This document shows, one piece after another, positions 46,297 to 55,163 of a stretch of DNA of 64,000 bases. The DNA comes from an uncultured delta proteobacterium. Its GTDB lineage: Bacteria > Desulfobacterota > Binatia > Binatales > Binataceae. The DNA is taken from assembly GCA_963711565.1 (NCBI GenBank), contig CAVQEQ010000001.1:928001-992000 (forward strand). The letters run 5' to 3'. Numbering within the stretch: the first letter of the stretch is position 1; each line of letters starts with the position of its first letter. The notes under the pieces are model-generated. The model was not told the origin of the DNA. It was given only the letters and a program-made list of their open reading frames with translations, and did no database searches. A program made the position numbers and the translations under genes.

Positions 46297-47862
46297 TCAA
46301 TCCGACGGCGCGCCGCCGCCGGCCGGGCCAACGAGTGTCAATGTCGCCAGAGAACGGAAACTGCCGTTGGGATACGCGTCGAAGCCGACGAGTCGCCGAT
46401 TCATCACCGCGACGTTGTCCACCCACCACAACGAAACGTACGGCAGATCGTCGGCGGCGAGTTGCTGCACCTGCGCGTAAATTGTTTTTCTCGCGTCGAG
46501 ATCGACGGTACTCATTCCGGCTTCGAGCAGACGATCCAGCGCGGGATTGGAATAGTAACCTCGATTCTCTCCATGCGGTGGCGTCTTCTTCGAGTCAAAT
46601 ATCATGTAATAGCTATTCGGATCGTTGATGCCGACCCATTGGAGAGAAGTCAGATCGAAGCTGCCGGCTTGAATGTCAGCATAGTAGGTAGCGAAGTCGA
46701 GCGTCCGAATAGTCAGTTCGATACCTACTCGCTGAAGCATTGCCTGAAACACTTCGCCCATGCGCGCACCTTCCGGTGTGGTCTTGTATTCGAATCGAAG
46801 CCCGCGCATCCCGTTGCTCGCAGCCGGATATCCAGCTTCGTCCAGCAGTTCACCCGCCTTTTGCGGATCGTAAGAATAGCTAGTGACGTTACCGTCGTAT
46901 GCCCAGTTCTCGGGCGAGAGCATGCCAGTAGCTATCCGCCCCGCGCCGCGCAACATGGTATTGACTATTGTATCGCGGTCGATCGCGTAGGCGATGGCGC
47001 GGCGCACGCGTACGTCCCGCAGCCGAGGATCGCGAAAGTTGAACGACAGGTATTTGTAGGTGGTGCCGGGAGTCTTGCTGACCTGCAGAAACGGATGCGC
47101 CGCGATCCACGGCAGCACGTCGTTCTCGATATAGTTTCCGGAGAAGTCGCAGACCCCTTCTGCCAGTTCGAGCGCCTGCACCGTCGGGTCGGGTACGATC
47201 TTCAAAAGGATGGACTGTGCGGCGGCCGAGGGATGCGGATAATACGGATTGCGCTCGAGCCGAATGGCCTCGTCGCGCACGTAATCAACCATCCGGAATG
47301 GGCCGCTGCCGATGGGAGCGGCTGACCTTTGTTTCGCGGGCAACGGAGTACCTGCCGGCACGATTCCCTCAGTCGCCAGTTCGAGTGCCGGCGCGTACGG
47401 CCGGGCGGTGGTCATGACGATCGTGTAGTCGTCCGGCGCGTCGATCGACTTCAACTGTTCGAGGCCGGCGCGTTTTGGCGACATCGAATCCGGCGCGAGA
47501 ATCGAGTCGTAAGTGAATAGCACGTCACGCGCCGTCAATTCGCGGCCGTCGCTGAAGCGCACGCCGCGCTTGAGATGGAAGATGATTTCCGTTGGTGAAG
47601 GACGCTCGATGCTCTCCGCGAGATGGCCGACGAATTGACCGTTGCGATCGGTCTTCACCAGCGAGTCGAAGATAAGTTCGTTGATACGCGACGAGGTCGC
47701 GTCAGTGCCGAAACGCGGGTCGGTCGAGGTCGGCGAGGTTTCGATATCCACCTGGATCGTCTTCGGCGAACGTTCGACGCGGTGATCGCATCCCGCGAGC
47801 GCGATCGCCGCGGCAATCTTCGCGAGCAACAGCAGCCGGGCAGTTGTCTTCCTCGTCCACAC
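46297..47862 (-). CDS. Family 5 ABC substrate-binding lipoprotein (DppA-like)
   Basis: LAGC lipobox, FSDGRELTARDV, PIGSGPF, VRRAIAYAIDR. Confidence 0.93.
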   Translation of the reverse strand: MWTRKTTARLLLLAKIAAAIALAGCDHRVERSPKTIQVDIETSPTSTDPRFGTDATSSRINELIFDSLVKTDRNGQFVGHLAESIERPSPTEIIFHLKRGVRFSDGRELTARDVLFTYDSILAPDSMSPKRAGLEQLKSIDAPDDYTIVMTTARPYAPALELATEGIVPAGTPLPAKQRSAAPIGSGPFRMVDYVRDEAIRLERNPYYPHPSAAAQSILLKIVPDPTVQALELAEGVCDFSGNYIENDVLPWIAAHPFLQVSKTPGTTYKYLSFNFRDPRLRDVRVRRAIAYAIDRDTIVNTMLRGAGRIATGMLSPENWAYDGNVTSYSYDPQKAGELLDEAGYPAASNGMRGLRFEYKTTPEGARMGEVFQAMLQRVGIELTIRTLDFATYYADIQAGSFDLTSLQWVGINDPNSYYMIFDSKKTPPHGENRGYYSNPALDRLLEAGMSTVDLDARKTIYAQVQQLAADDLPYVSLWWVDNVAVMNRRLVGFDAYPNGSFRSLATLTLVGPAGGGAPSD

Positions 47863-47886
47863 GGTTGGCGCGATAATAACATGACG

Positions 47887-48417
47887 ATGAGCAAAGATTG
47901 GCGCGCGAAAATCAGACTGCGGCAGGGCGACCTGACTGACGCCGATGTTGATGCGATCGTCAATGCCGCCAACAACGATCTGATGCTCGGGGGCGGCGTC
48001 GCGGGCTCGATTCGCGTCAAGGGCGGACCGGCGATTCAGCAGGAGTGCAACAAAATCGGACCGATTGCGCTGGGCGAGGCGGCGATAACGGGCGCGGGAA
48101 GGCTGCGTGCGCGGCACGTGATTCACGCAGCGAGCATGCGGCTGGGCGAATCGACGTCGGAGGCGAATCTGCGCGCCGCAACGCGCAACTCATTGAGGCG
48201 CGCCGATGAAAACTCGCTGAAGTCGATCGCATTTCCGGCGATCGGCACCGGCATCGCGGGTTTTCCAATCGAGCGATGCGCTCAGGTGATGCTCGAGGAA
48301 GTGCGCGCGCATCTCGACGGTCCGACGACGCTCGAGCGGGTGGATTTCGTGCTCTTCGATCGACCGTCGCTGGAAGTATTCGAGCGAGTGTTCGGCGGGA
48401 TGAAGGATCTGCGCTGA
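47887..48417 (+). CDS. Macro domain protein (MacroD/YmdB-like)
   Basis: GDLT, AIVNAAN, GGGVAG, VIHA, IAFPAIGTG. Confidence 0.93.
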   Translation: MSKDWRAKIRLRQGDLTDADVDAIVNAANNDLMLGGGVAGSIRVKGGPAIQQECNKIGPIALGEAAITGAGRLRARHVIHAASMRLGESTSEANLRAATRNSLRRADENSLKSIAFPAIGTGIAGFPIERCAQVMLEEVRAHLDGPTTLERVDFVLFDRPSLEVFERVFGGMKDLR

Positions 48418-48571
48418 TGCCGCGAAAACAAATTCGACACTCGGCGTTCATCGCGTCGTAACGCTCGCCGTTTTTAATCGTCTCAGGTTGAGTGCGGCAA
48501 TTTTTTCCTGCGCCGGTGCGGATGTGGGGCGGATGGATGACATCGAGGGCCTGGGACGTTACCTTCTAACC

Positions 48572-50086
48572 ATGCGGCTGGGAGCCATCGATGTCGGATC
48601 CAACTCCGTCCACATGATCGTCGCCGACGTTAGCCGCGACGGTCACCTCGAAGTCGTCGATCGCGTCAAGGAGATGGTGCGGCTCGGCCGTCGCTCGTTC
48701 ACGACGGGACGCCTCACGGCGGAATCGATGGACCTTGCGGTCCGCGCGCTGGTGAACTTCAAAAAACTGCTGCGAGTGCGCCGCGTGGAGAGGCTGCGCG
48801 CGGTGGCTACCAGTGCGGTACGCGAGGCGCGCAATCGCACGGAGTTCATCCGCCGCATCAAGCGCGAAACCGGCCTGACGGTCGAAGTGATCTCCGGCCT
48901 CGACGAGGCGCGCCTGATCTTCCAGGCCGCGCGTCATGCGCTCGGCCTCGACGGCGGACCTCATCTGCTCGTCAACGTCGGCGGCGGCAGCGTGGAACTC
49001 GTGCTGGTGCGCGACGGTAAGCCGCTGTGGATGCGCAGCGTGAAGCTCGGCGCGGCGCGACTAGCCGAGCGCTTTCTCCTTGACGACCCGCCGACGCGCG
49101 CGCAGCTGAGCAAGCTCGAGGTGTATCTCGAACGCACGATCGGTCCGCTGATGCGCAAGGCGAAGCGCGCGGGCGTGGTCCGCGCTATTGGAACGTCGGG
49201 CACGATCAACACCCTGGTCGCGATGGCGCGATCTTCGCGCGGCGAGGAGCTGGGGCGCCTGCATGGGGCGAGCGCGTCGGCCGGCGAGATTTCCGATCTG
49301 TCGCGCGACCTGGTCGAGGCCAACGCCGCGCTCCGCGTCGATCTCCCCGGGATGGACGCCAAGCGCGTCAACCTGATGCCCGCCGCTGCGACCCTCGTGA
49401 ACTTCATCCTGAAAAAATCCGGTGCGCCGGAGCTGGTCGCATGCACCTGGGCGCTGCGCGAGGGCGTGCTGCTGGGCCTCGCCCACAAGATCGATTCGCG
49501 CTCGGCCGCCGACGCCCGACGCCGCTCGGTCGGCGCCCTCGCCACTCGATTCGCCGCCGCCAACGACCACGGCAAGCAGGTCGCCAAGCTCGCGCTGAAG
49601 CTCTTCGATGCGACCGCGCCCGTTCTGGGCCTGCCCAAGTCCTCGCGAGAACTCCTTGAATTCGCGGCTTTATTGCACGATATTGGCCACGCGATTGATC
49701 ATGACCGGCACAATCGCCATTCTTACTACCTGATTAAGAATGCGGAGCTGTTCGGCTTCGACACTGACGAAATCGAGGTCATCGCACAGGCGGCTCGCGG
49801 GCATCGCAAGCAGGCCCCGAAGCTCGATTCGCCGGATTTGAAATCGCTCAGCCCCGCCAAGCGCCGCGTGGTTAGGGGCCTCGCCGCGATTTTGCGTGTT
49901 GCCGACGCGCTGGATCGAAGCCACTTCGGTGTGGTTAAGAATATCGAGGTCAGGTATTCACCGGGTCGTGTGATCGTCGGAGTCGATTCGAAGCGCGAGA
50001 AGGCCGACCTCGAACTGTGGACATGCGAGAGAAGAACCGACCTGTTATCGAGACTGCTGGATCGGCAGGTGGTGTTGCAGCGCTAG
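48572..50086 (+). CDS. ppx: Ppx/GppA phosphatase with HD domain
   Basis: AIDVGSNS, ATSAVREA, EARLI, GGGSVE, LREG, ALLHDIG. Confidence 0.95.
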   Translation: MRLGAIDVGSNSVHMIVADVSRDGHLEVVDRVKEMVRLGRRSFTTGRLTAESMDLAVRALVNFKKLLRVRRVERLRAVATSAVREARNRTEFIRRIKRETGLTVEVISGLDEARLIFQAARHALGLDGGPHLLVNVGGGSVELVLVRDGKPLWMRSVKLGAARLAERFLLDDPPTRAQLSKLEVYLERTIGPLMRKAKRAGVVRAIGTSGTINTLVAMARSSRGEELGRLHGASASAGEISDLSRDLVEANAALRVDLPGMDAKRVNLMPAAATLVNFILKKSGAPELVACTWALREGVLLGLAHKIDSRSAADARRRSVGALATRFAAANDHGKQVAKLALKLFDATAPVLGLPKSSRELLEFAALLHDIGHAIDHDRHNRHSYYLIKNAELFGFDTDEIEVIAQAARGHRKQAPKLDSPDLKSLSPAKRRVVRGLAAILRVADALDRSHFGVVKNIEVRYSPGRVIVGVDSKREKADLELWTCERRTDLLSRLLDRQVVLQR

Positions 50087-50862
50087 AGCTGCCCGCCGCC
50101 GTTCCTTCGCCTTCGCCCAACGGCCACGTTATTCCATCGGCCGCGCCCAGGACCCTGCTCGAAACTCCCCATCCTTATAAGGGACGTTTGATCTGCGTCG
50201 AGGGAATCGACGGCTCGGGCAAATCGACGCAACTGCTGCTGCTCGAGCGTTGGCTCCGCGCGCGCGGCTACCCGGTCCATTTCACGGAGTGGAATTCGTC
50301 GCGGCTGGTGCGGCGCTCGATGCAACGTGGCAAGAAAAAGAATCTGCTGACGCCGACCACGTTCTCGCTGCTGCATGCCGTCGATTTCGCCGACCGTCTG
50401 ACTTATCAGATCCTGCCGCCGCTGAAGGCCGGCATGATCGTGCTCGCCGATCGCTATGTCTACACTGCCTTCGCTCGCAACGTCGCGCGCGGCGTGCATC
50501 CGGATTGGGTGCGCTCGGTATACAGCCCCGCGCTGCGCCCCGATTTGACGCTCTACTTCCGCGTGCCGATCGATATCTCGCTCGAGCGCCTGCTGTCGGG
50601 ACGCGCCAAGCTCAAGTATCACGAGGCGGGCATGGACGTCGGTCTCTCTGCCGATCCGGTCGAGAGCTTCCGCATGTTCCAGAGCCGCGTGTTGGAAATT
50701 TACGATCAATTGACGACCGAGTTCGGGATGCGTCCGATCGACGCGACTGCCGAGATCCCCAATCAACAGAAGGTTGTGCGCACGATGGTCCAGGAAATTC
50801 TTCGCGACTATGACCTCAAGCGAGCGAACGGAAAAAATGGCGCCACATCGCAGACACGCTAA
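50023..50862 (+). CDS. Thymidylate-kinase-like P-loop protein A
   Basis: VEGIDGSGKST, ADRY, PDLTLY. Start uncertain. Confidence 0.88.
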   Translation: MREKNRPVIETAGSAGGVAALELPAAVPSPSPNGHVIPSAAPRTLLETPHPYKGRLICVEGIDGSGKSTQLLLLERWLRARGYPVHFTEWNSSRLVRRSMQRGKKKNLLTPTTFSLLHAVDFADRLTYQILPPLKAGMIVLADRYVYTAFARNVARGVHPDWVRSVYSPALRPDLTLYFRVPIDISLERLLSGRAKLKYHEAGMDVGLSADPVESFRMFQSRVLEIYDQLTTEFGMRPIDATAEIPNQQKVVRTMVQEILRDYDLKRANGKNGATSQTR

Positions 50863-51592
50863 AGCCTGGTACGGTCACGGCCTGCCGTACATCGCGAAGA
50901 AGCGCCTGCCCGGCCATTTGATCGCAATCGAAGGCACCGACGGCGTCGGCCGTTCCGCGCAAATCGAACTGCTGCGGCCGTGGCTCGAGCTCGAAGGCTA
51001 CGCCGTCAGCAACACCGGATGGACCCGCTCGCCGCTCCTTTCCGAGACCATCAACGAAGCCAAGGCCGGCCATCAGCTCACGGTGACGACCTTCTCGCTG
51101 CTCTACGCGGCCGATTTTGCCGACCGCCTCGAACACGAAATCCTGCCGGCGTTGCAGGCCGGCTTCATCGTGATCGCCGATCGCTACATGTACACCGCAT
51201 TCGCGCGCAACTCCGTGATGGGCGCCGACCCCGATTGGACGCGCGAGGTCTTCGGCATGGCGCTGGTGCCCGACCTCGTCCTCTACCTCGACATCGACGT
51301 CGAGTCGCTCATCCCGCGCGTCATCATGGGCAAGGGGATGGACTACTGGGAATCCGGGATGCATCTCGCGCTCGGCACCGACCTGTTCGATTCATTCGAG
51401 CGCTACCAGAGCCGCCTCATTGACGAGTACCGGCGCCTGTCGAGCGAGTTCGGCTTCATCTCCGTCAACGCGCGCCTTCCCATCGAAGAGCTGCAAAGCG
51501 AGATCCGAAAACACATCGCCGAATATCTGTCCGGCGCCAACGGCAAGCCGCGTCCCGACTCGGCCGACAACGGCGTATCGCGCAAGGAATAG
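50837..51592 (+). CDS. Thymidylate-kinase-like protein B with a degenerate P-loop
   Basis: IEGTDGVGRSA, ADRY, PDLVLY; clear paralogue of protein A. Confidence 0.88.
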   Translation: MAPHRRHAKAWYGHGLPYIAKKRLPGHLIAIEGTDGVGRSAQIELLRPWLELEGYAVSNTGWTRSPLLSETINEAKAGHQLTVTTFSLLYAADFADRLEHEILPALQAGFIVIADRYMYTAFARNSVMGADPDWTREVFGMALVPDLVLYLDIDVESLIPRVIMGKGMDYWESGMHLALGTDLFDSFERYQSRLIDEYRRLSSEFGFISVNARLPIEELQSEIRKHIAEYLSGANGKPRPDSADNGVSRKE

Positions 51593-51596
51593 GACT

Positions 51597-52665
51597 GTGG
51601 AAGATGAATCGCGCTCCGATGCGCCGCCGCGCAGGGTGACGCTTTCCCCCGGCGAAACCGTGGCCGACGCGGCGCGCAAGGCGATCGCGTTCGGCGCCGA
51701 ATCGCTCCTGCGAAATCAGAACGCGGCTGAAGCGGGCGACGTGGAGCCGATACATCAGCTGCGCGTCGCCACCCGGCGCCTGCGCGCGTCGATCGAATTG
51801 TTCGCGAACGTCATTTACGCCGCGCAGCTCAAAATCTTCCGGCGTGACATTCCGTGGATCGCCCATCAGGCGGGTGCTTGTCGCGAATGCGACGTGACCT
51901 CGGCGCTGATCGCCGCGCGCGCTGAAAAAATCGGTAGCGACCTGAGCGACGCGATCGCGCCGATGCTCGCGGCGCTCGACGAACGCCGCAAGGCCGGGCA
52001 CGCGACGTTATACGACCTGCTCGCGTCGAAGCGCTATCAGGGTCTGCTCGCGAAACTGTCGCACCCGGCGATCAAAAAAGTCGGCGCCGACCGCCGGCTC
52101 GGCGTCGTCGCCGCGCAATTGATCAGGCCCGCCTCGCGCGGCGCATCGCGCCTCGGCGAGAAGATCGCCGACGACGCTCCCGCCCTGGTTTTCCACAAGC
52201 TCCGCGTGCGCATCAAGCGGCTGCGCTACGAACTCGAAGATGATGGCGCCGCTCGGCGCCAAGCGTCATCGCAAAACTCTGGCCCGGCTCGAACAATTGC
52301 AGGAATTGCTCGGCCTCTATCACGACACCACGGTCGCGATTGCGTGGCTGTTGTCGTATGCCGAGACGTCGGCCGCGCCGCCCCGGACCGTGCTCGCGGC
52401 CGGCGCGTTGATCCAGTCGCTCGGCAAGCGTGAAAGCAAACTGCGGCGGCAATGCATGAAAGCGTGGAAGCGGTTCGAGCGTTCCGACGCGATGCGGGAT
52501 ACGCTCGAGGAAATTCGCAAAGCCGGCAGATTGAGCCCGATGCCCGTGAGCTCGCCCACTCAGGCTGCTGAATCATGCGAATCCGATCCGACGGATGAAT
52601 CGCGAATCGCGCACTCCAATCACAATTCGATGAACTCCCACTCCGCCGCGGCAACAATCCCATGA
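51597..52665 (+). pseudogene. CHAD domain protein, 1-nt frameshift near 52240 (probably an assembly error)
   Basis: IHQLRVATRRLR and FHKLRVRIKRLRY in one frame; LQELLGLYHD continues in ORF 52240..52665. Confidence 0.88.
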
Positions 52666-53162
52666 TGCTTTATATTCTCCGTCACGCGACCGCTGAACAG
52701 GCCGCGTCGAGCGGCGACGACGGCGCACGCAAGCTGACAGATCGCTCGAAGGAAAAAATGCGCGGGGCCGCGGCCGGCTTGCGCGCGATGGGCCTTAAGT
52801 TCAACGTGATCCTGACCAGCCCGCTGGTGCGCGCCGCCGAAACCGCCGAGATAGTGTCCGCCGCCTACGAAAACGCTACGCCCCCGCAAGTCCTGCCCGC
52901 GCTCGCGACCGGCATCGCCGCCACCGAAGCGGTAACCGCCCTGCGCGCATTTTCAAAGCACGAAGACGTAATGATCGTCGGCCACGAACCGCAACTGAGC
53001 GCGGTGACGTCAATCCTGCTAACCGGCGCGGCCGACGTAGCTCATTTGAAATTGAAAACGGGCGGCTGTATCGCGATCGACTTGCCGACGCGCTTCGAAC
53101 GCGGCGGCGGCGAGCTTCGCTGGATGCTGACCCACAAGCAATTGCGCCAGATGCGCAAATAG
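52662..53162 (+). CDS. sixA: Phosphohistidine phosphatase SixA
   Basis: LYILRHA, R-LT, TSPLVRAAETA, VGHEP. Confidence 0.92.
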   Translation: MMLYILRHATAEQAASSGDDGARKLTDRSKEKMRGAAAGLRAMGLKFNVILTSPLVRAAETAEIVSAAYENATPPQVLPALATGIAATEAVTALRAFSKHEDVMIVGHEPQLSAVTSILLTGAADVAHLKLKTGGCIAIDLPTRFERGGGELRWMLTHKQLRQMRK

Positions 53163-53170
53163 CGGCGCGC

Positions 53171-53788
53171 TCACTCCCACACTACCTTCACCGGGACTTT
53201 CTCCGGCTCGACTTTCGCCGCTCCGCTGCCCGGAATTGAGATCGCACTCTCCGGAAATTTGTCAGCCATCCAGATTTTTCCCGGCGTCAGCGCCGTCACC
53301 ACTCCGTCCGGCCTGACTTGGTCGCGAATATGAACCGCGCATGACCATCGCGCCGGCTCGCCGTTTACCGCGGGCAGCGTCCCCGTCATCGCCTCGCAAA
53401 TCGAATTATCCGCCAGCCTGAAAATCCACGGCTCCGGTTTCATTTCGCGGCTGGGGGAATTCGGCAGCGGCTTGCTCAGCTTCAAAACGAAGCCCTCGGT
53501 ATTCAGCGCCGGGTCGGCTCCGCAAACAAGCTCATCGCTCTTCGCCGTTACTGGAAAACACGGATCGCTGATTCCGTTGCCCACGGTGCATCGCCACGCA
53601 CCCGGTCGAGTAATCGCGATCGATTCAGTCCAGCACGACCCTTCTTGCGCGGCACCGCTCGGAATCGCGGGAACGAACCGAATTACTTTGGTCTCGATTA
53701 TCGTCAGCGGACTAACCGGCACCTGTGCCCGGACCGAGGTGGAGCTGAACATCAGCAAGAAACTGAAAATAAATATTTGGACTTTCAT
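53171..53788 (-). CDS. Secreted Cys-containing hypothetical protein
   Basis: Signal peptide ending VRA; GSCW..AWRC..DPCF..C..C..C; TGATG coupling to the upstream gene. Confidence 0.7.
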   Translation of the reverse strand: MKVQIFIFSFLLMFSSTSVRAQVPVSPLTIIETKVIRFVPAIPSGAAQEGSCWTESIAITRPGAWRCTVGNGISDPCFPVTAKSDELVCGADPALNTEGFVLKLSKPLPNSPSREMKPEPWIFRLADNSICEAMTGTLPAVNGEPARWSCAVHIRDQVRPDGVVTALTPGKIWMADKFPESAISIPGSGAAKVEPEKVPVKVVWE

Positions 53789-55152
53789 CAATTCGTCGGT
53801 ATCGGCAGCGGAAAGGTTGGGGAAGGTGTAGTGCCCGAGTGCACGGCCGCGGTGGCGACGCCGGCGAGGCTCAGATACCAGTCGCTCGGCAGCGGGCATC
53901 CGTCCGCATCGAGCGTCACGAATGAATATCCAGGCGGAATCCCGCTGACCGGAACTTCCGAGGCCTGTGGCAGCATCTTGAACATCGCCGTGCCTTCGTT
54001 TACCTCGTCGAACATCGCGCCATAAACCATCGTCGCTCCATCGCTGAGTGCGTCGTAGATCTGCTCCCAGTAGAAGAGGCCGCATTCGCGCGGAATCTGG
54101 TTGATTGGCGAGCTCACGCCCAGCGAGCGATTGGTGTTGGCGAAGGAGTAGCCCGGCCACACGACCGGCATATAGTCGACGCCGATCGCGCGCGTGGCCG
54201 CCAAGTCCGGTTGCCACACAGTCGCGCTATAACTGTCCGCCCCGGCATCGTTCGTGTAGCGGCCGACCGACCATGGACTCAACACGCCAAGCTTCGGCCA
54301 GACCTTCTTCCATTTGGGATCGGAAGAGGCATCCAGCCTGCCCGTCCGCCAATACGACGGCACGCCGCCCATTATGGTTATCCCCCCGAATTTCTTGCTC
54401 GCCTTTTCGAGTCCATTGAGGATGTCCTCCGCATTGGCCGGCGTAAGCGGCCGACCCGAAAAGCCAAACCCCCAGACCGCGAGCAGCGGATGCCCCCGAT
54501 GGTGCAGATAGGCGGGGCTGGTTGTAATCCCTTCCTTCTCGAGTTCCTTCCAGTCCTTCGCCACGCTCGAGATCTTGTCCTCCGGCAGGCCGGTGAGGTC
54601 GTACATGACGAAGAACACCCGCCCATTGTCCTCGGCCGCCTGGCGGACGTTGGTAAGGTCGATATTGCGCGCATCGCGCGTCGGAGCGTCCAGCAGATCC
54701 ACCGCGAACCGTTGCAAAGCGACGCCGTCCAGCCCGTATTGCTGCATCCATTGGAAGTGCGTCTCGACCGTTGCCGGGTTCGCGTTGCTGAAGAGATTCA
54801 CCGGATTCCCGCTGGCGTCGAGCATGCTGGTGACGCATTGCTCAGCCGTTGGGTAATCGGCGGCATTCGGCAGAAAATCCACGGTCGGGTCGGGTCCCGA
54901 AAACCAATGCCACCAGCCGACCTTTGTCCCGTCGCCCGGACAGTTGAACCAGCCCTGGTAGCCCATGATCAACTTCCCGGTAAGCGTGCTGGCGTCGACG
55001 GTGTCGGCGGTCTTGACGAATTGCGCCTTAACGATGCGCCCCTTGCGCTGCACACCCTGCGCGTGGGCGCATCCGGCTGGGATCGCCAGAAACCCGAAGG
55101 CGCCCAGAGCCAGCAGCCGCAGGCAGTTTCTTGTCCAGGACATCATTCGCAT
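53788..55152 (-). CDS. Secreted GH71/GH99-like glycoside hydrolase
   Basis: MGYQGWF, HFQWMQQYGLDG..QRF, MYD, SPWSVGRY, AMFDEVNEGTA. Confidence 0.8.
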   Translation of the reverse strand: MRMMSWTRNCLRLLALGAFGFLAIPAGCAHAQGVQRKGRIVKAQFVKTADTVDASTLTGKLIMGYQGWFNCPGDGTKVGWWHWFSGPDPTVDFLPNAADYPTAEQCVTSMLDASGNPVNLFSNANPATVETHFQWMQQYGLDGVALQRFAVDLLDAPTRDARNIDLTNVRQAAEDNGRVFFVMYDLTGLPEDKISSVAKDWKELEKEGITTSPAYLHHRGHPLLAVWGFGFSGRPLTPANAEDILNGLEKASKKFGGITIMGGVPSYWRTGRLDASSDPKWKKVWPKLGVLSPWSVGRYTNDAGADSYSATVWQPDLAATRAIGVDYMPVVWPGYSFANTNRSLGVSSPINQIPRECGLFYWEQIYDALSDGATMVYGAMFDEVNEGTAMFKMLPQASEVPVSGIPPGYSFVTLDADGCPLPSDWYLSLAGVATAAVHSGTTPSPTFPLPIPTN

Positions 55153-55163
55153 TCCAAGTCATA

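Noticed and set aside
34700-49372. A-to-I mRNA editing as the main explanation of the Asp->Asn sites
   Set aside because: The sites follow palindromic DNA motifs and the same change appears silently in minus-strand genes, which favours a DNA-level or basecalling cause.
52200-52262. Programmed frameshift or two-gene split of CHAD
   Set aside because: No slippery sequence; removing one A restores ELEMMAP, and three similar breaks occur in unrelated genes.
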